DNA of 64,000 nucleotides from an uncultured delta proteobacterium (GCA_963810935.1 CAWEPK010000008.1:320001-384000); one strand, 5' to 3'. Shown: positions 18,514-31,413, numbered from the stretch's first letter. Notes: a model not told the origin generated them from the sequence alone. A program made the numbers and translations.

Positions 18514-20578
18514 GCTGAGGAAGGAGATCATAGGAATAGGGCTGGCCGGCCTTTTCCTCTTCATTTTCGTCAGCCTCCTCTCCTATTATCCTTTCGACCC
18601 GTCCCTCAATAGCGTGGCCGCCGGCGGCGCAGTGAAGAATTTTTGCGGGAGGGCGGGTTCCTACACGTCCGATTTCCTCATCCAGCTCTTCGGTATAATG
18701 AGCTACGCCCTGTGCGGGTTCATCCTCGTCTTCGCCGTCATTTTACTGCGGAAGAAAACGGTCGCCCGCCTGCCCATCCTCGCGGCAGGCTTCATCCTGC
18801 TCTTCTTCTCACTGTCGTCGCTTTTGCAGATCGCGGTAGGCACCGTGCACCTGAGGGGCGTCTCCATACCCTTCTCGGGTTTCGTGGGCGACCTGCTGGG
18901 GCGCGGCCTCCTCCATGCGTTCAGCTATTTCGGGAGCCTGCTGCTCTCAATAGTGCTCTTCCTCATATCGCTCTTCCTCATCGCCCAGGCGCCGCTTTTC
19001 TCCATAGTCGGCGCGCGTTTCGCCAGATGGAAAAAGACCGAGGCGTCCGCGCCCCCTGCCCCCCGGATAATCGACGACGCTATGAGGGAGGAAGAGAAGA
19101 AAGAAGAAAAGCAGAAAGGGAGGGAGAAGGAGCGGAAGGAGAAGAAACCCGTCCAGGAGTTTTTCGACTTCGTTAAAGATATCGGCCCGTATAAGCTGCC
19201 GTCTGTCGCGCTCCTCGACCCCGTTGAAAAGGGAGAGGTCAAAGTCGATAAAGAGAGCGCCCAGCTCAATGCGCGGATACTGGAGAAGAAGCTTAAGGAC
19301 TACGGCATAGACGGCCGCGTGCTTGAAGTCAGGCCCGGCCCGGTCATCACCATGTACGAGTTCGAGCCTGCTGCGGGCATCAAGGTAAGCCGCATCGCCA
19401 ACCTGTCGGACGACCTCGCCATGGCGCTCTCCGCCGTCTCCATCAGGATAATCGCCCCTATTCCGGGGAAGGCCGTCGTCGGCATCGAGATACCGAACAA
19501 GTCCCGCCAGACGGTCTACCTGAGGGATATCATCGAGTCGGACGAGTTCACCACTTCAAAAGGCCTCCTCACCCTGGCCCTCGGAAAGAGCATAAGCGGG
19601 GAACCCTTCACTGCCGACCTGGCCAAGATGCCGCACCTGCTGGTGGCCGGCTCTACAGGGTCCGGCAAGAGCGTCTCCTTGAACACGATGATATGCAGCA
19701 TCCTGTTCAAGGCTACGCCCCTTTCAGTCCGCTTCATGATGATCGACCTGAAAATGCTGGAGTTGTCCTTTTACGACGGCATCCCCCACCTCCTGCTCCC
19801 CGTCATAACGGACGCAAAGAAGGCGAAGACGGCCCTGCGGTGGCTGATCGACGAGATGGAGAGGCGCTACCAGTTAATGGCCGAGAAGGGCGTGCGGAAC
19901 ATCGAGAAGTTCAACCAGAGGACGCACAGGGAGGAGGGCGACGACCCGCTGCCCTATATCGTGGTCGTCATAGACGAGCTTGCCGACCTGATGATGGTCT
20001 CCTCCAGGGAAGTCGAGGAATATATCGCGAGGCTCGCCCAGATGGCGCGCGCCTCCGGCATACACCTTATACTCGCCACGCAGCGGCCTTCCGTCGATGT
20101 TCTTACCGGCATCATCAAGGCCAATTTTCCGGCCCGCATCTCCTTCCAGGTGACATCAAAAGTCGATTCACGTACTATATTAGACATGAACGGCGGTGAG
20201 AGCCTGCTGGGGTCGGGCGATATGCTCTTCATGAGCCCCGGACTGGGAAGGATCCAGCGCATACACGGGCCTTTCGTTTCGGAGGGGGAGATAAAAAGGA
20301 TTGTCGAGTTCCTCAAGAACCAGGGGCAGCCGCAGTACAACGAGGAGATCCTGGTAGAGCAGGAAGAAGGCAACGGGGACGGCGAGGAGCTGAGCGACGA
20401 GAAGTACGAGGAGGCGGTCAGCTTCGTCTCTGAGAGGGGCGAGGCATCGATAAGCATGGTGCAGCGGCGGTTCAGGATAGGCTATAACCGCGCCGCCCGT
20501 ATCATAGAGAGGATGGAGCGCGAAGGCGTAGTGGGCCCGTCCACGGGGATCAAGCCGAGGGAGGTTTTTAAGCGATGA
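18503..20578 (+). CDS. ftsK: DNA translocase FtsK
   Basis: N-terminal TM domain, PHLLVAGSTGSGKS, DELADLM, ATQRPSVD, gamma domain IGYNRAARI. Confidence 0.96.
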   Translation: MSDELRKEIIGIGLAGLFLFIFVSLLSYYPFDPSLNSVAAGGAVKNFCGRAGSYTSDFLIQLFGIMSYALCGFILVFAVILLRKKTVARLPILAAGFILLFFSLSSLLQIAVGTVHLRGVSIPFSGFVGDLLGRGLLHAFSYFGSLLLSIVLFLISLFLIAQAPLFSIVGARFARWKKTEASAPPAPRIIDDAMREEEKKEEKQKGREKERKEKKPVQEFFDFVKDIGPYKLPSVALLDPVEKGEVKVDKESAQLNARILEKKLKDYGIDGRVLEVRPGPVITMYEFEPAAGIKVSRIANLSDDLAMALSAVSIRIIAPIPGKAVVGIEIPNKSRQTVYLRDIIESDEFTTSKGLLTLALGKSISGEPFTADLAKMPHLLVAGSTGSGKSVSLNTMICSILFKATPLSVRFMMIDLKMLELSFYDGIPHLLLPVITDAKKAKTALRWLIDEMERRYQLMAEKGVRNIEKFNQRTHREEGDDPLPYIVVVIDELADLMMVSSREVEEYIARLAQMARASGIHLILATQRPSVDVLTGIIKANFPARISFQVTSKVDSRTILDMNGGESLLGSGDMLFMSPGLGRIQRIHGPFVSEGEIKRIVEFLKNQGQPQYNEEILVEQEEGNGDGEELSDEKYEEAVSFVSERGEASISMVQRRFRIGYNRAARIIERMEREGVVGPSTGIKPREVFKR

Positions 20579-21240
20579 AGATCATAACGGCAAAGACTCT
20601 CCTCACGGTTGCCTGCCTTTTGCTGTTCGGCGCAAGTGCGCTCCACGGCGAGACGCTCGACAGCCTGAAAAAAACATACAGCGGGATAACGACGGTGCAG
20701 GCCCATTTCCGCCAGCAGATATTCGTGTCCGCCCTCAAGAGACAGCGGGAGATGGAGGGGGATTTCTTTTACAAGCGCGGGAGAGGCTTCGTCTGGCGCT
20801 ATACGGTCCCGAAAGAAAAGGTATTCCTGTACGACGGGTCGGCCGTCTGGCAGGCAGAGGCCGACAAGCCCTACGTCACGAAGGACAAGGTTGACAGGCA
20901 GAAGCTGGAGGGCAGCTTCCTCGACCTCGTGGACGACGTGGCGCGCCTCGATACGATCTTCGACCTTAAAGGGTCGGTCAGGGAAGACGACATGGAGGTG
21001 CTGGAGCTTGCTCCCAAAAAAGAAGGCATGTTGAAATCCGCCCGCATCTGGGTCGATGCCAAAGGGATCGTGAAGCGGATAAAGATCGTCGAGATCACCG
21101 GCAACGTCAACATGATCGAGTTTTCCGCCATCAAGATAGGCGTCTCCCTGCCCGACAGCCTCTTCGTCTTCAAGCCGGACGGGAGGGAAGTGGTCGATTC
21201 CCACGGCAACAAAGTGATGAGACAGCCGGGAGCACAATAA
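20575..21240 (+). CDS. lolA: Outer-membrane lipoprotein carrier LolA family protein
   Basis: Signal peptide, AHFRQ, WRY..P, YDG..VW, LF.FKP pattern; follows ftsK. Confidence 0.82.
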   Translation: MKIITAKTLLTVACLLLFGASALHGETLDSLKKTYSGITTVQAHFRQQIFVSALKRQREMEGDFFYKRGRGFVWRYTVPKEKVFLYDGSAVWQAEADKPYVTKDKVDRQKLEGSFLDLVDDVARLDTIFDLKGSVREDDMEVLELAPKKEGMLKSARIWVDAKGIVKRIKIVEITGNVNMIEFSAIKIGVSLPDSLFVFKPDGREVVDSHGNKVMRQPGAQ

Positions 21241-21247
21241 TATTTAT

Positions 21248-21994
21248 ATGGCTCTCCACAAGGATCAGGCAATCATCCTCTCAAGCAGGGTGTTCGGAGA
21301 ATCCGACAGAATCCTCCGGTTCCTGACCCTCGGCTCGGGCAAGCTCTCCGGCATCGCCAAAGGGGGCAAGAAAAGCCAGAAAAGGTTCATGAATACCCTG
21401 GAGCTGTTTAATTGCGTGAATATCGAATACTTCGAAAAGCCGGGCGCCGGGCTCGTACGCATCGACAGCGCAGACCTGCTGACTGCGAACGCCGGCATCG
21501 ACGCGAGCTTAAAAAGGATGTGCATCGCCAGCTTCTTCGCCGAGTTCGTAGACAAGATGACCAGAGAAAAAGAGCGCAACGAGCAGCTCTTTGCGGTGCT
21601 CAAAGAAGGGCTGGAAGAAGTCAAAAACCTTGAATTTACATACTTCCGTATATTATATTATCAACTTCGCATGCTCCATCACCTTGGATACATGCCGAAT
21701 TTCAGGACGTGCATCCAATGCGGAAAAGACGTGGCCCCGGACGAAGCAACGTCCTTTTCTAACGAGAGGGGCGGCGTGGTCTGCCCGTCATGCTCAAGGG
21801 GGCAGCCGCACAGGCAATATCCGCCGGGCCTTTTCGCCGGGCTCGCCGCCCTGACCGACACGCAGGGCGAGGCCAAAGAGACCGGCGCGCCCGGCTTCGA
21901 GCGCCACGCCAGGGAGTTGATGGAGGCGTTCACGTATTACCATTTAAATATCGAGCTTAAGTCTTACAGATTGCTTAGAGGGATGGCAGACTGA
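21248..21994 (+). CDS. recO: DNA repair protein RecO
   Basis: GESDRIL, AKGGKKS.KRF, CxxC...CxxC zinc finger. Confidence 0.92.
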   Translation: MALHKDQAIILSSRVFGESDRILRFLTLGSGKLSGIAKGGKKSQKRFMNTLELFNCVNIEYFEKPGAGLVRIDSADLLTANAGIDASLKRMCIASFFAEFVDKMTREKERNEQLFAVLKEGLEEVKNLEFTYFRILYYQLRMLHHLGYMPNFRTCIQCGKDVAPDEATSFSNERGGVVCPSCSRGQPHRQYPPGLFAGLAALTDTQGEAKETGAPGFERHARELMEAFTYYHLNIELKSYRLLRGMAD

Positions 21995-21995
21995 T

Positions 21996-22873
<878 letters not shown>

Positions 22874-22877
<4 letters not shown>

Positions 22878-24955
22878 GACAGCTACTGTTGGAGATAGGC
22901 TGCGAAGAGCTGCCCGCGCGCTTTATAGCCCCTGCAAAGGAAGGGCTCCTAAATCTCGTGAAAAACGGCCTCGCGGAGCTGCGCATTGAGCACGGAGCGG
23001 CCAGGGCCTTCGGAACGCCCCGGCGCATAACCCTTATCATCGACGACGTGGCCGATAAGCAGAAAGAGACGGTCACCGTGAAATTCGGCCCGCCGGCGGC
23101 GCGCGCATACGACGAGAAAGGCAACCCGACGTCTGCGGCTGTTGGCTTTGCACGCTCCCAAGGGGTCGACGTATCGGAGCTGAAGGTCGGCAAGAAAGAT
23201 GCGGCGGAGCTGCTCTGCGTCGAGAAAGTCGAAACAGGCAAAGAGACGGCAAGCGCGCTGGCGGCATTCCTGCCGGACGCCATTTTGCGGATCCCCTTCC
23301 AGAAGAAAATGCGGTGGGGCAGCGGGGCCTTCGAGTTCGCCAGGCCCATCCACTGGATAGTCGCCCTTTTCGGCCACGAGATAATACATTTCAACGTTGC
23401 AGGCATCGCAAGCGGCAACGTATCGAAGGGGCACCGCTTCCTGGCCGAGAGTGACCCCGTTATAAAGGAGCCCGCCGCCTACCTCGACGCTATGCGCGCG
23501 GCTTTCGTGATAGTCGATGAAGAAGAGCGCAAGTCGATGATGGCGGCGGACATCCGCGCCATAGAGGAAAGGACTGGCGCCCGGGGCGTTGCCGGGGCCG
23601 ACCTTTTGGACGAGATCATGTACATCACCGAGCAGCCTCACGGTCTCATGGGAAGATTCGAGGAAGGTTACCTGGCGCTGCCCAAGCCGGTGCTCGTTAA
23701 CGTGATGAAGGGCCATCAGCGCTACATCCCGCTAGAGAACGAAGACGGCTCGCTCGTCGCCGCCTTCATCTTCTTCGCGAACACGATACCTGCGAGCCCG
23801 GTCGAAGTCGTGCGGGGGAACGAGAAGGTGCTGGCTGCGCGCCTTGCCGACGCCCGGTTTTTCTTCGATGAAGACAAGGCTACGCGCCTCGATGCCCTCG
23901 CCGAGCGGCTCGACGCCGTCATGTTCCATAAAAAACTAGGCAGCCTCAAACAAAAAACCGAAAGGACCGAGCGCCTGGGCCTTATGCTCGCGGCCGGGCT
24001 TGGCTTCACCTTCAGGCCGCAGGTAGAGAGGGCGGCCATGCTCCTCAAAGCCGACCTGCTCACCCGCATGGTCGGGGAATTCCCCGAGCTTCAGGGGACG
24101 ATGGGCAGGATTTACGCGGAGCACCAGGGGGAGGACCTGGAAGTCGCTTCCTCCATACAGGAGCACTACTTCCCGATCGGGACCGATGCGACGCTGCCGA
24201 AGACCCCTCTGGGCGCAGTCATGGCCTTAGCGGACAAGATGGATTCCCTGATCGCCTTTTTCTCCGTCGGCATAACCCCTACGGGCAACCTCGACCCCTT
24301 CGCCCTGCGCCGACAGGCGATAGGCAGCATAAAGATCGTAATCGACAAGGGCTACCATTTGCCCCTCGCCGCTCTCATCGACGAAGGGTACGCAGCCCTT
24401 TCGGATGTGCCGGGCAGGGTTGCGCCTGAGACCCTTAAAGAAACGCTGACCGATTTCCTCGCTACGAGGTTCAAGTTCCTCATGATCGAAGAAGGACACA
24501 ACCAGGAGTTCGTGAATGCGGTCCTTCCCGCGCTGGGCGCGGATATATATGACGCCTACCTGCGATTGCGCGCGCTGGAGACGCAGGAGTCGATAGAAGA
24601 CTTCCGCAGGCTCCTGGTGGGCTTCAAGAGGGTTTACAATATCACGAAGACACTCAAAGACGAAAAGAGGATCGATACCGCGCTTCTGGCCGAGAAGCAG
24701 GAACGTGACCTCTACGAGTTGTTCGAGGCGCGTAAAGACGCCTTCGCTGCGGCGATGGCTGGGCGTCAATACGCCGACGCCTTGAAGATCCTCGTCGGAT
24801 TCAAGGAGACTATAGACGCGTATTTCGACAAGGTGTTCGTAATGGTGGATGACGAGGCCCTAAAGAGCAACCGGCTGGGCCTGCTGACGAAGATAAAAGA
24901 AATGTTTTTGCGTTTCGGCGATCTTTACAAAATACGTATCGAAGAGCTGCAATAA
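22874..24955 (+). CDS. glyS: Glycine-tRNA ligase beta subunit
   Basis: GTG start overlapping the glyQ stop; [37 protein letters not shown]. Confidence 0.95.
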
Positions 24956-24985
24956 GGACCATTTCATTATAAAAGGGGAGTAATA

Positions 24986-27766
24986 ATGGCTAAACGTGTT
25001 TATTTTTTTGGTGGCAGCAAAGCTGAAGGCAACCGGCAGTTAACAAACCTCCTCGGCGGCAAAGGCGCGGGCCTCGCCGAGATGGTCAATATCGGCATAC
25101 CCGTACCGCCGGGGTTCACGATCACGACTGAGGTCTGCACGCTCTTCTACGAAGCGCGGATGAAGTTCCCCAAAGGCCTGGAGAAAGAAGTTATGGCCGG
25201 CCTTCGGCGCGTAGAAGACCAGATGAAGATGCGCTTCGGCGACACGAAGAACCCGCTGCTTCTGTCGATCAGGTCCGGCGCCAGGGCCTCCATGCCCGGC
25301 ATGATGGACACTGTCCTCAACCTCGGGCTCAATTCGAAGACGCTCGCGGGCCTTGCCCGGCTTACCGGCAACGAATGGTTCGCGTGGGACTGCTACCGCC
25401 GCTTTGTAGCAATGTACGGCGACGTTGTCCTCGGCCTCAAGCCGGAGAGCAAGAAAGAAGAGGACCCGTTCGAGGCGATCATCGACGCAAAGAAGAAAGA
25501 ACGCCGCATCAAGCTCGACACGGAATTCACCGTCAACGACCTCCAGGATCTGGTGGGCAGATTCAAGGCCCTTATTAAGAAGAAGCTCGGCGTGGAATTC
25601 CCGGAGGACCCGCTGGAGCAGTTGTGGGGCTCCATCGGCTCGGTCTTCAAATCCTGGAACAACGACCGCGCCGCCACGTACAGGAAGCTGAACAACATAC
25701 CCGCGTCGTGGGGCACGGCAGTCAATGTCCAGGCGATGGTCTTTGGAAACATCGGCCAGGATTCAGGCACGGGCGTCGCGTTCACGCGCGACCCGTCGAC
25801 CGGCGCCAATGTCTTCACCGGCGAGTACCTGCTGAACGCCCAGGGCGAGGACGTAGTCGCAGGGACGAGGACGCCGCAGCCTATCAACAAGGCGCAGAGG
25901 GGCGATGCTAAAGTCCCCTGCCTCGAAGAAGAGATGCCGCAGATATATAAGCAACTCATGAAAATACGCTCCATCCTCGAACGCCATTTCAGGGACATGC
26001 AGGACGTCGAGTTCACTATCCAGCGCGGGAAGCTCTGGATGCTCCAGACGAGGAACGGCAAGCGGACATCTTTTGCCGAGTTTAAGATCGCCGTGGATAT
26101 GGTGCACGAGCGCCTGATCGACAAGGAAGAGGCATTGATGCGCGTCAGCCCCGACGGCCTCAACCAGATACTGCGGCCCATTTTCGATCCGAAAGAAGTA
26201 CAGAAGGCGTATAAGGACGGCAGCCTGGTCGCAAAGGGCCTTAACGCAGGGCCGGGCGCGGCTACTGGCAGGGTCGTCTACAACGCGGAAGACGCCGAAG
26301 CCCTGGCTGCCAGGGGAGAGCGCGTCATCCTCGTCAGGATAGAGACGTCGCCTGAGGACATCAGGGGCATGAACGCAGCCCAAGGCATACTCACGAGCCG
26401 GGGCGGCATGACGAGTCACGCCGCGCTCGTGGCGAGGCAGATGGGCAAGGTCTGCGTCGCAGGCTGCGGCGAGCTGGACATCAGCTACCACTCGAAGACG
26501 ATAAAGATCAAAGACAAAACAATAAAGGAAGGCGATTACATCTCGATTAACGGCAGCACGGGCGAGGTCTTCGTCGGCGAGGTGAAGACAATACCGTCGG
26601 AGGTGCTGCGCGTCCTTGTCGATAAGACGATGAAGCCATCGCAATCGGAGATTTACAAAGATTTCGATTCGCTGATGAAGTGGGCCGACGACGCAAGGCG
26701 CCTCGGCATCAGGACGAACGCCGACCAGCCCGGGCAGGCGCAGGTCGCCGTCGCCTTCGGCGCGGAGGGCATCGGCCTTTGCAGGACGGAGCACATGTTC
26801 TTCGAGGGCGCGCGGATCGACGCGGTCAGGGAGATGATCGTCGCCGAGGACCTGGAGGGCCGCAAGAAGGCGCTCGCAAAGCTCCTGCCTATGCAGCGCG
26901 GCGATTTCGCCGGCCTCTTCAAGGTGATGCGCGGCCTGCCCGTAACGATAAGGACGCTCGACCCGCCCCTCCACGAGTTCCTGCCCCACGGCGAGAAAGA
27001 CCTGAAAGACCTGGCGGGAAAAATGGGCATCTCCTACGACCGGCTCGCGGCGAAGGTGGCAAGCCTCCAGGAAGCGAACCCCATGCTGGGGCTGCGCGGC
27101 TGCCGCCTCGGCATACTCTACCCCGAGATCACCGAGATGCAGGCCCGGGCCATATTCGAGGCAGCCTGCGAGGTAAAGAAATCAAGGATCGATGTAAAGC
27201 CGGAGATCATGATACCTCTGGTCGGGGACGTACGCGAGCTGCGCCTCCAGAAGGACGTTGTAGACCGGGTCGCCAAGGAGGTGTTCGCCGAGCGGAAGAT
27301 GGCCGTCGAATACATGGTCGGCACCATGATCGAGATACCCAGGGCCGCCCTCACCGCCGATGCCATAGCCGAGCTTGCCCAATTCTTCTCCTTCGGCACG
27401 AACGACCTGACCCAGACGACGTTCGGCATGAGCAGGGACGACGCAGGCGTATTCCTCCGCCCGTACGTCGAAAAGGACATCCTCGACTACGACCCATTCC
27501 AGAGGCTCGACGAGGCGGGCGTAGGCAAACTAATGGAGATGGGCGTCGAGCTTGGCAGGAAGGTACGGCCCAAGCTGAAGATCGGCATCTGCGGGGAGCA
27601 CGGGGGCGAGCCTTACTCCGTGAAGTTCTGCCACAGGGCCGGCCTCGACTACGTAAGCTGCTCGCCTTATCGCGTGACTGTCGCCAGACTGGCTGCCGCC
27701 CAGGCTGCGATAGAGGAAAAGAGGGCGAAGAAACCGGCTGCCAAAAAAGCAGCTAAGAAAAAATAG
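24986..27766 (+). CDS. ppdK: Pyruvate, phosphate dikinase
   Basis: [47 protein letters not shown]. Confidence 0.97.
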   Translation: MAKRVYFFGGSKAEGNRQLTNLLGGKGAGLAEMVNIGIPVPPGFTITTEVCTLFYEARMKFPKGLEKEVMAGLRRVEDQMKMRFGDTKNPLLLSIRSGARASMPGMMDTVLNLGLNSKTLAGLARLTGNEWFAWDCYRRFVAMYGDVVLGLKPESKKEEDPFEAIIDAKKKERRIKLDTEFTVNDLQDLVGRFKALIKKKLGVEFPEDPLEQLWGSIGSVFKSWNNDRAATYRKLNNIPASWGTAVNVQAMVFGNIGQDSGTGVAFTRDPSTGANVFTGEYLLNAQGEDVVAGTRTPQPINKAQRGDAKVPCLEEEMPQIYKQLMKIRSILERHFRDMQDVEFTIQRGKLWMLQTRNGKRTSFAEFKIAVDMVHERLIDKEEALMRVSPDGLNQILRPIFDPKEVQKAYKDGSLVAKGLNAGPGAATGRVVYNAEDAEALAARGERVILVRIETSPEDIRGMNAAQGILTSRGGMTSHAALVARQMGKVCVAGCGELDISYHSKTIKIKDKTIKEGDYISINGSTGEVFVGEVKTIPSEVLRVLVDKTMKPSQSEIYKDFDSLMKWADDARRLGIRTNADQPGQAQVAVAFGAEGIGLCRTEHMFFEGARIDAVREMIVAEDLEGRKKALAKLLPMQRGDFAGLFKVMRGLPVTIRTLDPPLHEFLPHGEKDLKDLAGKMGISYDRLAAKVASLQEANPMLGLRGCRLGILYPEITEMQARAIFEAACEVKKSRIDVKPEIMIPLVGDVRELRLQKDVVDRVAKEVFAERKMAVEYMVGTMIEIPRAALTADAIAELAQFFSFGTNDLTQTTFGMSRDDAGVFLRPYVEKDILDYDPFQRLDEAGVGKLMEMGVELGRKVRPKLKIGICGEHGGEPYSVKFCHRAGLDYVSCSPYRVTVARLAAAQAAIEEKRAKKPAAKKAAKKK

Positions 27767-27794
27767 AAGTGAAAAGACACGGAAGGAGAACGGG

Positions 27795-28370
27795 GTGAAG
27801 GTCCTGCTCCACATCTGTTGCGGCCCCTGCACGGTCTATCCCTTGCGGGCGCTGCGGGACGAAGGGGCCGATGTGACCGGGTTTTTCCACAACCCCAATA
27901 TCCATCCGTACACGGAGTTCCGAAAGAGGCAGGAGGCGCTCGTGCAGTACAGCCGGGTCGCCCTCCTGCCTTTGATTATGGACGAGACGTACGACATTGC
28001 CGCCTTCCTTCGGGCGGCCCTGGCGGCAGGCGAAGACCGCTGCCTCGCGTGCTACACGACGCGGCTGACTGCCGCTTTTGAGAAGGCGGCGGAGCTGCAT
28101 GCGGACGCAGTGACTACGACGCTCCTATACAGCATCTACCAGAAACACGAGGTTATTGCGGAAGTCGCATCAGAGCTTTCGGCCCGCTACGGCATCTCCT
28201 TCCTCTACCGTGATTTCCGGCCCGGCTGGCGCGACGGGCAGGACGAGGCGGCAAAGCTCGGCATTTACAGGCAGGCTTACTGCGGCTGCATATTCAGCGA
28301 GTACGAGAGGTTCGGCCCCAAGGCCAAAGGCGGCAAAGGGGCACAGACCGGGGGAACGCGCAAGAGATGA
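27795..28370 (+). CDS. queH: Epoxyqueuosine reductase QueH (DUF208)
   Basis: LLHICCGPC, NPNIHP, RC..CY..RL, YRQ.YCGCIFS. Confidence 0.9.
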   Translation: MKVLLHICCGPCTVYPLRALRDEGADVTGFFHNPNIHPYTEFRKRQEALVQYSRVALLPLIMDETYDIAAFLRAALAAGEDRCLACYTTRLTAAFEKAAELHADAVTTTLLYSIYQKHEVIAEVASELSARYGISFLYRDFRPGWRDGQDEAAKLGIYRQAYCGCIFSEYERFGPKAKGGKGAQTGGTRKR

Positions 28371-28582
28371 TGCCGGCAGTCGGCAAGATGCTTATCATTC
28401 TGGGCGTAATCATTATCCTCGCCGGGGTGCTTCTCCTCCTCGCCAACAAGATCCCCTTCATAGGCAGGCTGCCGGGCGACATCCTCGTAAAAAGGGAGAA
28501 CTTCACCTTCTACTTCCCGCTCACGACGAGCATAATCATAAGCGTCGTGCTGTCGCTCATTTTCTGGATTTTCCGTAAGTAG
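28367..28582 (+). CDS. DUF2905 family small membrane protein
   Basis: GRLPGDI...NFTFYFPLTTSI motif. Confidence 0.88.
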   Translation: MMPAVGKMLIILGVIIILAGVLLLLANKIPFIGRLPGDILVKRENFTFYFPLTTSIIISVVLSLIFWIFRK

Positions 28583-28600
28583 TAGGGAATTGTCCGTCAT

Positions 28601-28933
28601 ATGCAAATTATCCTGAAAGCGTTCCTCAGCCTCGTAGTAATCTTCGCGGCCACAGGCGCAGCGAAGAGGCTGCCCGCAGCAGGTGGGCTCATAGCCACTA
28701 TGCCGTTGGCGGGGGCTCTGGTACTGGTCTGGGTCTACCTGGAAAACAGCGGCGAGAAAGGTATCATGCAGGTCTTCTCGAAAGGCGCGCTATGGGGCAT
28801 ACTTCCCAGCATAGCCTTCTACCTCGTGGCGTTTATCTGCTTCAAGTGGGAGCGGTCGCTCGCAGTGACGCTCATCGCCGGCTTCGCTGCCTGGGGCCTG
28901 GCTGCGCTCATACACCAGTCTCTCATAAGGTAG
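28601..28933 (+). CDS. DUF3147-like small membrane protein
   Basis: Four TM segments, GGLIATMPL, GILPS. Confidence 0.75.
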   Translation: MQIILKAFLSLVVIFAATGAAKRLPAAGGLIATMPLAGALVLVWVYLENSGEKGIMQVFSKGALWGILPSIAFYLVAFICFKWERSLAVTLIAGFAAWGLAALIHQSLIR

Positions 28934-28952
28934 TAAAGGGCATAGTACCGGG

Positions 28953-30257
28953 CTATCGCATGTTCCTCGGCTGTCCGGTGAGAGCCAGCACGTTCTCCCA
29001 CAGCCATCCGTGTTCTTCGATCTTCTTGCGCTGCGACACCGCGAGCGGGATGGGCACGTGCGTAAACTGGTTGCGCCAGTGGCCTACGACCATGTTCGTC
29101 CTGCCGCTCATGGCTGCGTGGACGGCCTGAAACCCCAGCAAGAGGCAGTAACCCGAATCGTCCGCTTCCGCGAGCACGCTCCTGATCGTGTAGCTCGGGT
29201 CGATATATTTAAGGTTCAATGTCATGCCTATCTCGTTGAAGTAGTCCTTGATACGGTCGCGCAATACGATCCCCACGTCGCCGTACCGTATGTTCCCCGA
29301 GGCGTCGAGCTCCTCCTCTCCGGACATGATGTTACGGCCCGCGCCCTCCGCTACGACGACGACTGCATGGCCCCTGTTAACGAGCCGTTCTTTCAGTGCC
29401 TTGAGAAAAGCGTTCATGGTAAACGGGACCTCGGGGACGAGACAAAAATTGACCTCGCTGGCCGTGATCGCGGCGTATGCGGCGATGAAGCCCGCTTCGC
29501 GCCCCATGAGCTTCACTACGGCGACGCCGTTTCTGTATCCCCGCGCTTCGTTGTGGGCGGCCATGACAGCCTTCCTGGCCTCTGCCCCGGCCGTGAAGAA
29601 ACCGAACGAGCGGTCTATATATGAGATGTCGTTATCTATGGTCTTCGGGATCCCGATGACCGATATGCGCAGCCTTCTCCGCTCGATCTCTTCGCTTATG
29701 GTCCCCGCGCCCCTTAACGTGCCGTCGCCCCCTATGGTAAATAGTACGCCGATGCCCAGCCGCTCCAGCGTATCTACCATCTCGCCGACGTCCTGCGGAC
29801 CGCGCGAAGAGCCGAGGAACGTGCCGCCGACCCTGTTGATGTCTGCTACCATCTGGGGGGTAAGCCTGAGCGCCTCGGGCGCGTAACGGGCGGTAAGCCC
29901 CTCGTAACCGTTCATGAAGCCGTAGACCTCGGTGACGCCGTAATGATGGTAAAGGCTCAGGACGGTCGAGCGGATAACATCGTTGATGCCCGGGCAAAGG
30001 CCGCCGCAGGTCAGTATGCCGCACTTCAGACCGGCAGGGTTGAAGAAGATCTGTTGCCTCGGCCCCGCTGCCTCCATGGCCGGCGGCTCGAGCCCTGCAT
30101 CGATGTACGGCCTTAAATCCGCCGGGTCGCCATGGAAGAGCACGCGCCGGCTTTCCGATACGTACCTTTGTGTCGCGTGCGGCGATGGGATCTCGCACGG
30201 CCCCAACCTCTCCACGGCAAAATCCAGCGGGCTTACGCCTGTCAGCTTATCGGGCAT
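28953..30257 (-). CDS. pfkA: 6-phosphofructokinase (group II/X, probably ATP-dependent)
   Basis: TCGGLCPG, GGDGT, PKTIDND, MGRE, YIDPSY. Confidence 0.9.
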   Translation of the reverse strand: MPDKLTGVSPLDFAVERLGPCEIPSPHATQRYVSESRRVLFHGDPADLRPYIDAGLEPPAMEAAGPRQQIFFNPAGLKCGILTCGGLCPGINDVIRSTVLSLYHHYGVTEVYGFMNGYEGLTARYAPEALRLTPQMVADINRVGGTFLGSSRGPQDVGEMVDTLERLGIGVLFTIGGDGTLRGAGTISEEIERRRLRISVIGIPKTIDNDISYIDRSFGFFTAGAEARKAVMAAHNEARGYRNGVAVVKLMGREAGFIAAYAAITASEVNFCLVPEVPFTMNAFLKALKERLVNRGHAVVVVAEGAGRNIMSGEEELDASGNIRYGDVGIVLRDRIKDYFNEIGMTLNLKYIDPSYTIRSVLAEADDSGYCLLLGFQAVHAAMSGRTNMVVGHWRNQFTHVPIPLAVSQRKKIEEHGWLWENVLALTGQPRNMR

Positions 30258-30524
30258 GAACTCTATCCTCTCCCTTTCCCCTCTTTATTATCGGACGACC
30301 CAAAGCCGGCTTTAGGTGGGGTCAGATGTGGTAATGTAAAATAAAAAGTGAATATTTTCAAATGAAGTCATGTTAGGCGATTCAAATAAGGCGAAACAAG
30401 CTCGAACACCCATCGGCGATTTCGGGGAAGTTTTTTCCGACCAGAAGGAAATAATTTCCCCTTTTACTGACTCGGCTCGTCCGAAAAACACGATCTTTCC
30501 GGCACATCCGATATCCGTACGCTG

Positions 30525-30540
30525 TGGTGCGCGGCTTGCA
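30525..30540 (+). promoter_or_regulatory. Putative sigma54 (-24/-12) promoter
   Basis: TGGTGC-GCGGC-TTGCA with exact GG-N10-GC spacing, about 120 nt upstream of the fliA-like gene. Confidence 0.5.
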
Positions 30541-30662
30541 TAGTCTCCCGCAACGGTTGAACAAGTGAGGACGGGGCTGTTCCTCGATTGACCGCTTCCG
30601 GTGCAGAAACAATCTGTTCCCGGCGGTCGGTCTTGTGAAAACAAGATAACGAGGAGACAGCC

Positions 30663-31412
30663 ATGCACGTATCGGGTACCTCTGCCAACTCTCACATTCA
30701 CACGGAAATCGAAAAAGATATCATCGAGGAGTTCCTTCCAGTCATCAAACACCTTGCATATAAAACAGCAAAAGGGCCTGAGCACGAGAACGTCCTGGAC
30801 GACCTCGTCTCTGCCGGCATAATCGGCCTCCTGGAGGCAATAGAGAAATATGATCCCGGCAGGGGGGCAAAGCTGAATACCTTCGCCTATCTGAGGATCA
30901 GGGGGGCGATGATAGACGAGCTGCGGTCGAGGGACTGGTTTCCCCGGAGCGCCAGGACCAAGGCAAAGAAGATACAAGAAGTCTCCAGGAAGCTCGCGCA
31001 CGAGATGGGCAGGCGCCCGGAGGACGAGGAAATGGCTCGGGAAATGAACATGGAGATAGATCCCTACCTTTCCATGTTGAGAAGCTGCCACAACCTCTCC
31101 GTAGTCAGCATAGAAGGCCTGAGCGATGAGGCCGGGGAGAGCAGGGACACGGTCATCGGTTACGTCCGCGAGGATGACGAGGATCCGGAGGAGCATGCCG
31201 AGTCGCACGAGTTGAAGAGGATACTCGCCGAGGAGCTCGAAAAGCTGTCGGAGAAAGAAAGGACGATCCTCGCGCGATATTACTATCAGGACATGAAGAT
31301 GAGGGAGATAGCCATGACGCTCGGGGTGACCGAGGCGCGCGTATGCCAACTGCACGCGCAGGCCATCGCCAACCTCAGGCCTTTGATGAGCAAATATTTT
31401 CAAGGTAGGTAA
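30663..31412 (+). CDS. fliA: FliA/WhiG-family RNA polymerase sigma factor
   Basis: DDLVSAGIIGLLEA, YLRIRGAMIDELR..DW.PRS, EIA.TLGVTEARVCQLH. Confidence 0.88.
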   Translation: MHVSGTSANSHIHTEIEKDIIEEFLPVIKHLAYKTAKGPEHENVLDDLVSAGIIGLLEAIEKYDPGRGAKLNTFAYLRIRGAMIDELRSRDWFPRSARTKAKKIQEVSRKLAHEMGRRPEDEEMAREMNMEIDPYLSMLRSCHNLSVVSIEGLSDEAGESRDTVIGYVREDDEDPEEHAESHELKRILAEELEKLSEKERTILARYYYQDMKMREIAMTLGVTEARVCQLHAQAIANLRPLMSKYFQGR

Positions 31413-31413
31413 T

